The notes: generated by a model not told the origin, from the sequence alone. Positions 50,923 to 60,178 are shown, counted from the first letter of the stretch. The stretch is 64,000 nt of DNA from Candidatus Binatia bacterium (GCA_050735975.1 JBOHVS010000019.1:7487-71486); one strand, 5' to 3'. Program-made: numbers and translations.

Positions 50923-53172
50923 CTAGCGCTTGGTACATTCTTTAAAAGTGTAGGCGAAAGAGGTCGTCAGGAAGAAATCATTAAAGAACGCAAGGGTCAC
51001 TTTCCCCGGATGAATCTGCCACAGCTTAAAGCTGCGAAGATTCGCGAGCGTGTGGCTCCAGACCCGCTGCAGTTCCTGCCGCGAGTAGATGACCCGATTA
51101 TTGATGGCATCGAACTTAACCAGGTGAAGTCGCGGACGCGCAGGCAATGACTGACGCATCCGGGCGTAGGCTTCGTGCCACTCGTGGATGCGGTCGCCGA
51201 GACGAGTGTTGGCCTGAATGTTGTGCATTTCATCGAGCCAGCGGCGCGCCCCTTCCCCTTCTCCAAGCCTCAAATCCTGAATTTTTTCCCGCAGGTTGTC
51301 CCATTGTACGAGAAACCGGTTGAGATCTCTTCGGGTCAATAGAATGCTCGAAGAAAGATCCTCCAGCGGGTCGAGCAAGGCTCTGACCTTCTCGGGCAAC
51401 GCGTCCCTCGCATTGTTATAAACTTTCTGGAGCTCGCCGATTCGTAGCGCCTGCCAGATCTCCCCTTGAACCTTCTGGATCTGGCCGAGCCATCTCTCTT
51501 CCGTTTCGCTGCGTTTTCTGGTTTGAAGCCAGACTTCTTCCATCTCCTTGAGAAACTTGGCCCAGGCTATGAATAGCCGAGCGGTCTCTTTGGTGCGGCG
51601 CCAAATGTGCAGAGGAAGGGGATCGACGGCGTAACCGGTCCTTCGGTCCCTCCTGTCCTTCAGGCGGAAGAAGCCGGCCACCATGGGATGTTGCTTCTCG
51701 AGCAGAGCGGCGTTTTTGTACCAGAAAAAGACCGACATCAGGTTCCAGTAGTTCCGCGGGTGATCGCTCCATCTGGACAAAACCCGGATCATGTTTTCTT
51801 TGCTATAAAACGCCTTCCACGCGTCTTCATAGGCCTCGGTCCATTCTTCGGCGCTCATGAGCGGATGATGAATCGTCGCGTGGAAAGAGTCCCGCTTGTT
51901 GAAATCGGGGTCCATCCACTCTCCGCGCTTCTTCATCTCGCGGTGATCATGAGAGCCCGGCAGCGGCGTTAACATGAAGAACGACGACTGGTCCGGTCCA
52001 ACCTCTTCGATAAGAAAACGGATGTCCTTGGGCACTTGCTCTTTCGTATCCCACGGTAGACCGATGATGTAGCCGGTGTGAACCACAACACCGGCATCGT
52101 GCCATTCCTTGATGATGCTACGATATTCTTCGACGTTGTTTTGGTTCTTGCCCTCGGCTTTCAAATTTTCCGGGTTAACGCTCTCCATGCCGATGAAAAC
52201 CTGGGTGCAACCGGCCTCGGCCGCCAGTTTGACAAAATCCTTCGGTTTGCGGGCGAGATCGACCTGCATCATGAACGAGACCGGGAGGCCTTCTTCCCGC
52301 AGTTTGATGAGCTCTTCGAACGTCTCGCGCCAGTACTTTTTCCGCGCGAAATTATCATCGGTAAAAAAATAAAATGAAACGCCGTGTTCGAAGTAGTTCT
52401 GGCGTATCATTTGCGCGATGCTCTCGGGGCTGCGCTCGCGCATTTTGCGTCCCTGGACGTTGATGATCGTGCAGAAACTACAAGCGAACGGGCAGCCCCG
52501 CGACGTGTCGGCAGTCCCGAAAGCAGGATGCGCGAAATGCTTCATGGTTTTGGGGCTGGTTTTAGGCAGCGGGGCCGCGTCGATATCGACGAGATTTTGC
52601 AGGTCCTGGGCGAAGCTGTAAAGAGGCTTAAGTCCCCCGTGAAGGAAATCGGCGAGAATCATCTCCCATTTGCCCTCCACCTCGCCGGAGACAACGCAAA
52701 TAGATTCGTGAAAAAGCTCTTGAATGTCCGGTTCCCGGTCGCTCAACATGTTGATCGTGCCGCTGGTGTGAAAGCCGCCGATGATGACCGCAATCCCTTC
52801 GGCTCTAAAAATCCTCGCGATGTCGACCGCGCGAGGGAACTGATTGGTTTGGACGCCCACGAGACAAACCAGAAGTCTCGTGCCGGGCTCCCGCCCCCAT
52901 CGTAAAATTCTTTTCATCGGGATCTTCTCCGCGGTTTCGTCGAACGTGATGACCTCGATAGGTAAATCGCCAAAGACGCGCCGCTCCTTTACGTCTTCGG
53001 TCAAACCGTGGAGAACGTTGAGCGTGTTGCTGGGAAGGACCCCTTTCCAAAATCGGATGACGTAGCCATCGTCATCGTACTTGGATGGCTTAATTAACAC
53101 TACCCGGAATCTCTCGATGTCCTGCTGCATCAGTGTTGTGCACTCCTGAGCACTTGTAAGTCGTTGCGACAT
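50923..53172 (-). CDS. B12-binding-domain radical SAM protein with ~300-aa uncharacterised C-terminal extension
   Basis: 749 aa. N-terminal Rossmann-like B12-binding-type domain (RVVLIKPSKYDDDGY...LLVCLVGVQTNQF...AVIIGGFHTSG) and CPFACSFCT (Cx3Cx2C, about nt 52473-52494). Residues ~450-749 are helical, Trp/Arg-rich and carry no motif I recognise. Confidence 0.85.
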   Translation of the reverse strand: MSQRLTSAQECTTLMQQDIERFRVVLIKPSKYDDDGYVIRFWKGVLPSNTLNVLHGLTEDVKERRVFGDLPIEVITFDETAEKIPMKRILRWGREPGTRLLVCLVGVQTNQFPRAVDIARIFRAEGIAVIIGGFHTSGTINMLSDREPDIQELFHESICVVSGEVEGKWEMILADFLHGGLKPLYSFAQDLQNLVDIDAAPLPKTSPKTMKHFAHPAFGTADTSRGCPFACSFCTIINVQGRKMRERSPESIAQMIRQNYFEHGVSFYFFTDDNFARKKYWRETFEELIKLREEGLPVSFMMQVDLARKPKDFVKLAAEAGCTQVFIGMESVNPENLKAEGKNQNNVEEYRSIIKEWHDAGVVVHTGYIIGLPWDTKEQVPKDIRFLIEEVGPDQSSFFMLTPLPGSHDHREMKKRGEWMDPDFNKRDSFHATIHHPLMSAEEWTEAYEDAWKAFYSKENMIRVLSRWSDHPRNYWNLMSVFFWYKNAALLEKQHPMVAGFFRLKDRRDRRTGYAVDPLPLHIWRRTKETARLFIAWAKFLKEMEEVWLQTRKRSETEERWLGQIQKVQGEIWQALRIGELQKVYNNARDALPEKVRALLDPLEDLSSSILLTRRDLNRFLVQWDNLREKIQDLRLGEGEGARRWLDEMHNIQANTRLGDRIHEWHEAYARMRQSLPARPRLHLVKFDAINNRVIYSRQELQRVWSHTLANLRSFKLWQIHPGKVTLAFFNDFFLTTSFAYTFKECTKR

Positions 53173-53289
53173 CTTTTATAGATAAAAGCGACAACTTCCG
53201 CGGTAAGAAAAATCTAACAGCCGCCCTGAGTCATGTCAAGCTCTTTTAGTAGGGGGCCATAGCTTCGCCCGCCTCTCAACCCGGCTTCC

Positions 53290-53979
53290 ATGATCCAACT
53301 CTTTCACGTTTCGAAGACTTACCCGCCTAACTCGCCGGCCCTTTCAGACATCAACTTGCAAATCGAAAAAGGGGAGTTCATCTTTCTCAGCGGTCCGAGC
53401 GGGGCGGGGAAAACGACCCTGCTTCGGCTGCTTTTTCGTGAAGAAGAGCCGACCCAGGGTCAAATCATCGTCAACGGCCAGAATATCATCCGGCTGAACG
53501 GCCGCGGCGTTGCGCGGCTACGGCAGAGAATCGGATTGGTGTTTCAAGAATGCAAACTATTGCCCCGATTAACGGCGCTTGAAAACGTTGCGCTAGCGGC
53601 CGAAATCGTCGGTTTTTCCAAGCGCGAGAGCCAAATTAAAGCCTATCATCTGCTCCGGGAACTTGGACTCAGGGAAAAGTATGACGCCAGGCCCGTAACG
53701 CTCTCCGGCGGAGAGCAACAAAGGGTGGCGATTGCGCGATCCTTGATGAACGATCCGATGCTAGTGCTCGCCGACGAACCAACGGGCAATCTCGACGAAG
53801 ACATTGCCGAAGAAACCATGAAACTTTTCCTCAAAATCCGCGCGCGCGGCACCACGCTCATTGTCGCGAGTCATGACACCGGGTTGCTCAAGCGGTACGG
53901 AACTCGGGTGATCTCGCTGAGACGCGGCCGTCTAGAGCATGATTCACAGCCGCTAAAAAGGCAGGAATACGTCTTTTGA
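53290..53979 (+). CDS. ftsE: Cell division ATP-binding protein FtsE
   Basis: 229 aa. Starts [11 protein letters not shown]; Walker [10 protein letters not shown], signature [14 protein letters not shown], Walker [13 protein letters not shown]. Confidence 0.9.
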   Translation: MIQLFHVSKTYPPNSPALSDINLQIEKGEFIFLSGPSGAGKTTLLRLLFREEEPTQGQIIVNGQNIIRLNGRGVARLRQRIGLVFQECKLLPRLTALENVALAAEIVGFSKRESQIKAYHLLRELGLREKYDARPVTLSGGEQQRVAIARSLMNDPMLVLADEPTGNLDEDIAEETMKLFLKIRARGTTLIVASHDTGLLKRYGTRVISLRRGRLEHDSQPLKRQEYVF

Positions 53980-54884
53980 AGTGGGCGTTGGCAGGTTTCG
54001 TGGCGCGTCGCGTTCGAAGCAGTCTTTGGGAGCTGCTGTGGACCCATGTGTTGACCTCCGGGACGATGGGAATGACCCTGTTTGTGTTTGGGGCGTTTCT
54101 CCTCCTTCAGGAGAATCTTCAGCACCTGCTTACGGGCTGGGGTGATCAGATCCAGATACAAGCTTATCTCAAGAAGGGACTCGCCGCCGCAGAGATACAG
54201 GCGATGCTGAAACAGGTGAGAGCGTTTCCCGAGGTGGAGCGTATACGATTTATCTCACACGAACAGGCGTGGACTGATTTTCAGGCCGCCCTCGGAGCGC
54301 AATCCGGTGTGTTGGAAGGGTTGCCCGCCGATGTCCTGCCGGCTTCATTCGAAATCGCCATCAAGCCGGAGTTTCGCGATGGGCCGGTTGTGGACGAGTT
54401 GGCCCGCCGGCTCCGTAAACAAGAGGGTATCGCCGTCGTCGAATACCCGCAGGAGTGGGTCGATCGGTTGAGTCTCGTGATCCTGGCCGTACAGTGGGCA
54501 AAATGGCTGCTTGGCGGAGTGCTGTTCGTCGCGACGTTTTTCATTGTCGGCAGCACCGTCCGTTTGGCAATCCTGGCGCGCAAGGATGAAATCGAAATTA
54601 TGCAGCTGGTGGGAGCTTCGGAAGAGCTCATTCAGGCTCCGTTCGTTTTGGAGGGAATGCTTCAGGGACTCGTCGGCGCCGTGTTGTCGGTTCTTGCCCT
54701 TTGGGGCTTGTTTCTATTTTTGCGCGGGCAGATCCCGGCTTCGGTTGTGCTGTTCGGTCCTGTAACCCAACTGCAGTTCCTGCGCATGAACAGCATCGGA
54801 CTTATCCTGGTAATCGGCTGGCTATTAGGCGGCACCGGTAGCCTCTTTTCGCTTCGGAGGTTTCTCAGAACGTGGCCCGGATAA
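53976..54884 (+). CDS. ftsX: Cell division permease FtsX
   Basis: 302 aa. TTG start overlapping the ftsE stop. TM1, periplasmic domain, 3-TM FtsX bundle. Confidence 0.88.
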   Translation: MKWALAGFVARRVRSSLWELLWTHVLTSGTMGMTLFVFGAFLLLQENLQHLLTGWGDQIQIQAYLKKGLAAAEIQAMLKQVRAFPEVERIRFISHEQAWTDFQAALGAQSGVLEGLPADVLPASFEIAIKPEFRDGPVVDELARRLRKQEGIAVVEYPQEWVDRLSLVILAVQWAKWLLGGVLFVATFFIVGSTVRLAILARKDEIEIMQLVGASEELIQAPFVLEGMLQGLVGAVLSVLALWGLFLFLRGQIPASVVLFGPVTQLQFLRMNSIGLILVIGWLLGGTGSLFSLRRFLRTWPG

Positions 54885-56032
54885 TCCCGCGAAGCTCTCT
54901 GATTTTTCTGCACGTCGTTTTCTTGTCGCCGGTTCTTGCAACGGCAGCAACCGTCGAAAAGGATCTCGAGGGCATCAAGAGGAAGATCGAGAAGGAGAAG
55001 CAAGGGATCACGCAAGTGAAAAAGAAGGAAGGCTCCGTGCTAAAAACGCTTGACGAAATTGAAGGCGACCTCGAAAGAAAGACTCAACAACTGACTCGTG
55101 CGAATGCTAAGCTGAATTCAGTGTTGGCCGAGATTCGGAAAAAAGAGCGGGAGTCTGCGAAAATCGCAAAGTCTCTCCAGCAAAGAAAGGAGTTGCTTGA
55201 ACGGCGGGCGGTGGCGCTTTATCGTTGGCATCGCGGCGGCAGTCCCTTTGTTATTCTCAATGGCGACGTATCGTTAAGCGGCTTTCTTCAACGAAAGCGG
55301 TATCTGGAAAGCACCGTCGCGTTCGACCGAGAGCTAATCGAAGGCATGTTGGACGAAGCATCACGCCAGGAAACTCTCAAGGCCGAGCTCGGTCGCAAAA
55401 AAGAGGAATTGGATGATCACAGGGGAATTTTGTCTGAAGTAAAGGAGTCTGTGGTGAGACAAGCCGCGAAAAAGCGAGGGCTTTTGGCCAGCTTGCGTCG
55501 GGAAAAGGAGTCCCGCGTCCGCGCGCTCAAAGAATTGGAGCAAGCCGCTCTTCGGCTACAAAGAATGATGGATGAGATCTCGAGGAGGTCGGCTGGAAGG
55601 CGTCAAGAGCCTTCGGCGGGCCCGGGGTTGGAAACGATGCGAGGCAAGCTGGAGTGGCCGGTCAAGGGTCAAGTGATGAGCGGCTATGGAAAGACGCGGC
55701 ACCGGGAGTTTTCTGAAGAAGTGTTCCGCAAGGGGATCGATATCGAGGCCCCGGTGGGGGAGCAGATCCGAGCCGTCGAGAAGGGCAAGGTTATCTTTGC
55801 CGAGCGCTTTTCCGGCTACGGCAAGATGATGATTATCGACCACGGCGAGCGATTCTATACAATTTATGCGCATCTATCAGAATTCCTTAAAAAAAATGGC
55901 GACGCGGTCAAACGTGGGGAAACCATCGCATTAGCCGGGGACAGCGACTCGCTGGCCGGCGCCAAGCTCTACTTTGAGATGCGAAAAGACGGTAAATCCA
56001 TCGATCCCTTACCATGGTTTGGAAGACCGTAG
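54872..56032 (+). CDS. envC: Murein hydrolase activator EnvC-like (coiled coil + degenerate LytM/M23 domain)
   Basis: 386 aa. Signal peptide, long coiled coil, C-terminal M23 fold. The catalytic HxxxD is replaced by RKGIDIEA and HxH by LYFEMR, so it is probably non-catalytic like E. coli EnvC. Confidence 0.85.
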   Translation: MARIIPRSSLIFLHVVFLSPVLATAATVEKDLEGIKRKIEKEKQGITQVKKKEGSVLKTLDEIEGDLERKTQQLTRANAKLNSVLAEIRKKERESAKIAKSLQQRKELLERRAVALYRWHRGGSPFVILNGDVSLSGFLQRKRYLESTVAFDRELIEGMLDEASRQETLKAELGRKKEELDDHRGILSEVKESVVRQAAKKRGLLASLRREKESRVRALKELEQAALRLQRMMDEISRRSAGRRQEPSAGPGLETMRGKLEWPVKGQVMSGYGKTRHREFSEEVFRKGIDIEAPVGEQIRAVEKGKVIFAERFSGYGKMMIIDHGERFYTIYAHLSEFLKKNGDAVKRGETIALAGDSDSLAGAKLYFEMRKDGKSIDPLPWFGRP

Positions 56033-56097
56033 CTATTTCATCTATGTTGATATAGACTAGGGTGCGTTTTGAGCAGAATTCAGCAAGGAGAGATCTC

Positions 56098-57465
56098 ATG
56101 CGAACGGTAGAAAAGCACGGACTACCCGTTGTGTTGTTAGTCGTCGGAATCGCTCTCGGTTTCTTTTTAGCGGGACAATGGGTCCCCAACGTTTCGGCGG
56201 TTCCCCGCCAGGACTATGAAAGCCTCGAGACCTTTACGAATATTCTTTCGATCGTGAAGAAGAATTATGTCGAAGACGTCGAGACGAAGAATTTAGTGAA
56301 TGGCGCTATCAGTGGGATGCTCAATTCTCTAGACCCTCACAGCGCGTACCTCACACCGGATCTCTACAAAGAGCTGCAGATGGATACTCAAGGGCGGTTC
56401 GGCGGACTCGGAATCGAGATTACCGTTAAAAATGGCGTGTTGACCGTTGTCTCCCCTATCGAAGACACGCCGGCGTTTAAGGCCGGTATCAAACCCGGAG
56501 ACATGATTTTCAAGATCGAGGACGAATTCACCAAAGACATGACGCTCATGGAGGCGGTCAAAAGGATGCGCGGCCCGAAAGGCACCAAGATCAATATTTC
56601 CGTAAAACGAGACGGGATTCCAGAGTTGATCACATTTACCCTGGTTCGGGACATCATCCGCGTGCAAAGCGTGCGCAGTCGAGTGTTGGAAGAGGGCTAT
56701 GGTTATGTCCGGCTTGCGCAGTTTCAAGAGCGAAGCGACCGCGATCTGCAAAAGGTCTTGGACAAGTTAACGGGGGAGGAAGGGGGGCTCAAGGGGCTAG
56801 TCCTCGACCTCCGCAATAATCCCGGCGGGCTTCTGACTCAGGCCGTGCGAATCTCCGATCTATTTTTAGATTCCGGACTGATCGTCTATACAGAAGGCCG
56901 CATCGAATCGCAAAAGCAAAAATATTTTGCCCAAAAAGACGGCTCTTGGCTGGATTTCCCCATCGTGGTGCTCGTGAACAACGGCAGCGCCAGCGCCTCG
57001 GAGATCGTCGCGGGCGCGTTGCAGGACCACAAGCGCGCGGTGGTGTTAGGAACAAAAACCTTCGGGAAGGGCTCCGTTCAAACTATTCTGCCGCTCGACG
57101 ACAGTTCCGCGTTACGCTTGACCACGGCGCGTTACTTCACTCCCAAGGGCCGCTCAATCCAGGCCAGCGGCATCGTCCCGGACATCGTGATGGAGAATGC
57201 AACTCCACAGGATGGAAAAGCGGATGAAAAGAAACGGCAGCGCATTCGAGAAGAAAATCTCCACAACCACCTGCAGAATGGTCAGAAGCAGCAACAGCCG
57301 AGCCAACAGCAGCCGGAGGGAGGCGAAAAAGAGAAACTCCTTCCTCCAGCTTCTGCGCCGACCGGAGACGAGAGCATCGACAACGATGCGCAGCTCAAGC
57401 GCGCGCTGGATTTGTTGAAGAGCTGGGACGTTTTCAAGCAATTGGTGCAAAAAAAGGCGGCTTAG
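56098..57465 (+). CDS. ctpA: Carboxyl-terminal processing protease (S41A, CtpA/Prc-like)
   Basis: Start set to ATG 56098, after AAGGAGAG. PDZ domain (GLGIEITVKNGVLTVVSPIEDTPAFKAGIKPGD), catalytic region LDLRNNPGG and GSASASEI...KGSVQ. Confidence 0.9.
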   Translation: MRTVEKHGLPVVLLVVGIALGFFLAGQWVPNVSAVPRQDYESLETFTNILSIVKKNYVEDVETKNLVNGAISGMLNSLDPHSAYLTPDLYKELQMDTQGRFGGLGIEITVKNGVLTVVSPIEDTPAFKAGIKPGDMIFKIEDEFTKDMTLMEAVKRMRGPKGTKINISVKRDGIPELITFTLVRDIIRVQSVRSRVLEEGYGYVRLAQFQERSDRDLQKVLDKLTGEEGGLKGLVLDLRNNPGGLLTQAVRISDLFLDSGLIVYTEGRIESQKQKYFAQKDGSWLDFPIVVLVNNGSASASEIVAGALQDHKRAVVLGTKTFGKGSVQTILPLDDSSALRLTTARYFTPKGRSIQASGIVPDIVMENATPQDGKADEKKRQRIREENLHNHLQNGQKQQQPSQQQPEGGEKEKLLPPASAPTGDESIDNDAQLKRALDLLKSWDVFKQLVQKKAA

Positions 57466-57490
57466 AAGCGCAGGAGTCAGAGGTCGCAGC

Positions 57491-57579
57491 CCCATGCTCC
57501 TTGCTCCCTCTCTTTGCAGCTTCGGAAGGCTGAGGCTGAGGCTTAGGTTGAGCTAAACCTTAACCTAAACCTCAACCTG
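57491..57579. repeat. Family C tracts: heptads (CATGCTC/CTTGCTC) then a hexamer-periodic hairpin (GGCTGA)n/(AACCTN)n
   Basis: GGCTGA|GGCTGA|GGCTTA|GGTTGA ... AACCTT|AACCTA|AACCTC|AACCTG. The arms are imperfect reverse complements, with G:U allowed. Confidence 0.8.
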
Positions 57580-57637
57580 CTTAAGGAGCGAGACGATTGA
57601 GTGCAACCCCTGCCTGTGCGTCGCACGCAGACAGGAA

Positions 57638-57672
57638 GCATATGAGGCTTTTTCAGCAGCGTACTAGACTAA
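57638..57672. repeat. Solo family A core plus tail module (inverted orientation)
   Basis: GCATATGAGGCTTTTTCAGCAGCGTACTAGACTAA. Compare the reverse complement of 4712-4735 and the tail at 4866-4886. Confidence 0.75.
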
Positions 57673-57706
57673 ACTTGCTTCAGGCGCATCCTAACTAAGC
57701 GCACAA

Positions 57707-57736
57707 TTAGCCCTCCTCCGGAGGGCTAATTTTTTT
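57707..57736 (+). terminator. Strong Rho-independent terminator
   Basis: TTAGCCCTCC-TCC-GGAGGGCTAA (10-bp perfect stem) followed immediately by seven T. On the minus strand no U-tract follows the stem, so it is unidirectional. Confidence 0.75.
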
Positions 57737-57758
57737 GTGGCAACGGTCGTGCTCGACG

Positions 57759-58997
57759 ATGGCTAGAATGATAAACAAGCAAGCAGAACTGCCTTTATTC
57801 GGCGGGCCATCGGCAAAGTTTCTCACCATCAGCGAGCTTAACCAGATTATCAAAACCACTCTGGAAGGCCGGCTCGACGGTTTTTGGGTTGTCGGAGAGA
57901 TTTCCAACTTTCGCGTGCCTCCCTCCGGTCATTACTACTTCACGCTCAAAGATGACAAAAGCCAGATATCCGCGGTGATGTTTCGGCGGCAGGGCTTGGC
58001 TCTTTCATTCGTCCCCGAGAACGGGATGGAGATTCTCTGTTTTGGCCGGGTGAGTCTCTATTCGGTTCGTGGCGACCTTCAGTTTTACGTTGAGATGTTG
58101 GAGCCGCGGGGGCAGGGCGCGCTCTTTCTTGCTTTCGAACAGTTGAAGAGAAAACTGGCCGAGGAAGGGCTATTTGCTCAGGAGCGCAAACGGCCCTTGC
58201 CCTTCTTGCCCGGATCGATCGGCATGGTTACTTCCGAGAAAGGCGCGGCATTGCGCGATATGCTGCGGATTATTACGGATCGTTTTCCTGATCGGCGCAT
58301 CGTTGTTCGAGCCGTAAGAGTACAGGGGCAAGGAGCGGGAGAAGAAATCGCTTCGGGCATCGATGAGTTAAGCAGGTCTGGAGAGGTCGATGTTATGATC
58401 GTCGGCCGCGGGGGCGGCTCGTTGGAAGATCTTTGGGCGTTCAATGAGGAAATCGTTGCTCGCGCGATTTATAGGTCGCCGGTCCCTGTTGTCTCGGCGA
58501 TAGGGCACGAGATCGATTTTACGATTGCCGATTTTGTCGCCGATCGTCGCGCGCCCACGCCAACGGCGGCGGCTGAGATGGTCGTGCCTCGGTTGGCCGA
58601 TCTCGAGAATCAGGTTGCACTGCTCGATGCGCGGTTACTGAGAGGTATGCAACTCACATTGGATGCCGCGCAAGAGGGGTGGCGCAGGCTGGTGAAGAGG
58701 CTCGCCGACCCCGGCAGGAAACTGCGTGAAAACCAGCAGCGGTTGGATGACCTCTCGATCGATTTGCTGCGCCGTTTTCGCGCGCGCGTCCGGCTCTCGA
58801 GAGACCGTCTGGTTCAGGTGGCGGGTCGATTGGATGCCTTGAGTCCTCTCGCCGTGTTGGAGCGTGGCTACAGCATTACCCATAAATTGACCAGAGAGCA
58901 GATCGTCAAAGATTCTTCCGAACTTGCGATCGGGGAGCGGCTACGGATTACGTTCGCGCGGGGAAATTCCATTTGCCGGGTAGAGGAGAAGGAATGA
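57759..58997 (+). CDS. xseA: Exodeoxyribonuclease VII large subunit
   Basis: N-terminal OB fold (LTISELNQIIKTTLE...FWVVGEISNFRVPPSGHYYFTLKD), catalytic region (VTSEKGAALRD) and C-terminal coiled coil. Start 57759 or 57735 (GTG). Confidence 0.9.
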   Translation: MARMINKQAELPLFGGPSAKFLTISELNQIIKTTLEGRLDGFWVVGEISNFRVPPSGHYYFTLKDDKSQISAVMFRRQGLALSFVPENGMEILCFGRVSLYSVRGDLQFYVEMLEPRGQGALFLAFEQLKRKLAEEGLFAQERKRPLPFLPGSIGMVTSEKGAALRDMLRIITDRFPDRRIVVRAVRVQGQGAGEEIASGIDELSRSGEVDVMIVGRGGGSLEDLWAFNEEIVARAIYRSPVPVVSAIGHEIDFTIADFVADRRAPTPTAAAEMVVPRLADLENQVALLDARLLRGMQLTLDAAQEGWRRLVKRLADPGRKLRENQQRLDDLSIDLLRRFRARVRLSRDRLVQVAGRLDALSPLAVLERGYSITHKLTREQIVKDSSELAIGERLRITFARGNSICRVEEKE

Positions 58998-58998
58998 A

Positions 58999-59910
58999 AT
59001 GCGAGCGCGCCGATCCCTGTTAGTCGTCTTAGCGGCAGCCGGTTTGTTGTTTGCCGCCCGTTCCGAGCAAGTTGCTGCAGCCACGGTTTCGGTAAATTCC
59101 AGGGAAGTGCTGCAAGGGGAGATCGTCGAGTTGAAGCTTTCCGGCGCGGCAGTCGCCGACGTGAAAGGGCGGATGGGGAAGGAGAGCATCTACTTCTATC
59201 CCGCCGGGAAGAACGGTTATGCGGCCATTGTCGGGGTGGATCTCGAAGCGAAGCCCGGCTCGGTAAAAATCATCATTGAGGGAAAGACGGAGTCCGGCGA
59301 ACTTCTGGAGAGGCAATTTGACCTCGACATCAAAGCCAATGCCTTCCAGCGGGAAGAATTCTCGGTCCCGGCAGCTTTTGATCAACTGAGCGCGGACGTT
59401 ATTAAGAGAATCCGGCGTGAGCGAGAGCGCCTGGATCGGGTCTTTATGGGCTCCGCGCCGGCGCGCCTCTGGCAAGGCCCCTTTCTGCAACCCGTTACGG
59501 GAAGTATTACGGCGCCTTTTGGTTATCGCAGGGTGATCAACGGACTGCCGCGCGCGCCGCACACGGGAGCCGATCTCAGAGCGGCGTTGGGGACCGAAGT
59601 CGCCGCGCCAAATCATGGTCGCGTCGTCTTGCTTGGCGAATTCTTTTATAGCGGCAAGAGCCTGGTCTTGGATCACGGCGCCGGATTATTTACGATGTAC
59701 TTCCATCTTTCCGAGTTCAAGGTTCAAGAGGGAAGCGTCGTACGAAAGGGCGAAATCATCGCCCTCTCCGGGATGAGCGGGCGAGTGACGGGCCCGCACC
59801 TTCATTGGGGAGCGCGGATCAACAATGCTCGCGTCGACCCTTTCCAGCTCGTGGAAAAACTCGGCTCCGGCTCCGATACACGCCATCATTCGGAAGAAAC
59901 GGAGAAGTGA
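58999..59910 (+). CDS. M23 family metallopeptidase (catalytic motifs intact)
   Basis: 303 aa. Signal peptide, HTGADLRA (HxxxD) and GPHLHWGARI (HxH). Starts 2 nt after the xseA stop and ends 2 nt before the xseB start. Confidence 0.88.
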   Translation: MRARRSLLVVLAAAGLLFAARSEQVAAATVSVNSREVLQGEIVELKLSGAAVADVKGRMGKESIYFYPAGKNGYAAIVGVDLEAKPGSVKIIIEGKTESGELLERQFDLDIKANAFQREEFSVPAAFDQLSADVIKRIRRERERLDRVFMGSAPARLWQGPFLQPVTGSITAPFGYRRVINGLPRAPHTGADLRAALGTEVAAPNHGRVVLLGEFFYSGKSLVLDHGAGLFTMYFHLSEFKVQEGSVVRKGEIIALSGMSGRVTGPHLHWGARINNARVDPFQLVEKLGSGSDTRHHSEETEK

Positions 59911-59911
59911 A

Positions 59912-60178
59912 ATGAGCAAGGAAAATTCGTCGAGCAAGGAGTTTGAAGTGGCGCTGGACGAGCTCTCGCGGCTGGTGGAGCAGTTGGAAGCGGGAGATCT
60001 ATCGCTTGAAGACTCGCTATCGGCCTTCGAAAAGGGAGTAGCATTAGTCAAATACTGCAACCAAAAGTTGAGTGAAGTTGAAAAAAAAGTCGAACTCTTG
60101 GTTAAAGACAAAAACGGCAAGCTGCAATTCAGAGATCTCGAGCATGTTGCCGAAGGGAACGACGAGCAAGACGACTAG
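59912..60178 (+). CDS. xseB: Exodeoxyribonuclease VII small subunit
   Basis: Track ORF trimmed to ATG 59912: MSKENSSSKEFEVALDELSRLVEQLEAGDLSLEDSLSAFEKGVALVKYCNQKL..., a typical XseB helical hairpin. Confidence 0.88.
   Translation: MSKENSSSKEFEVALDELSRLVEQLEAGDLSLEDSLSAFEKGVALVKYCNQKLSEVEKKVELLVKDKNGKLQFRDLEHVAEGNDEQDD

Noticed and set aside
50881-51150. 89-aa ORF MSATKPMSLFQQPALALG...
   Set aside because: It starts inside a family A repeat core and then runs antisense to the 3' end of the radical SAM gene, so it is not a gene. Likewise 24847..25053 (HEGHEG..), 3084..3314, 2977..3576, 31043..31255 and 47979..48170 are translations of repeat families B, A and D.
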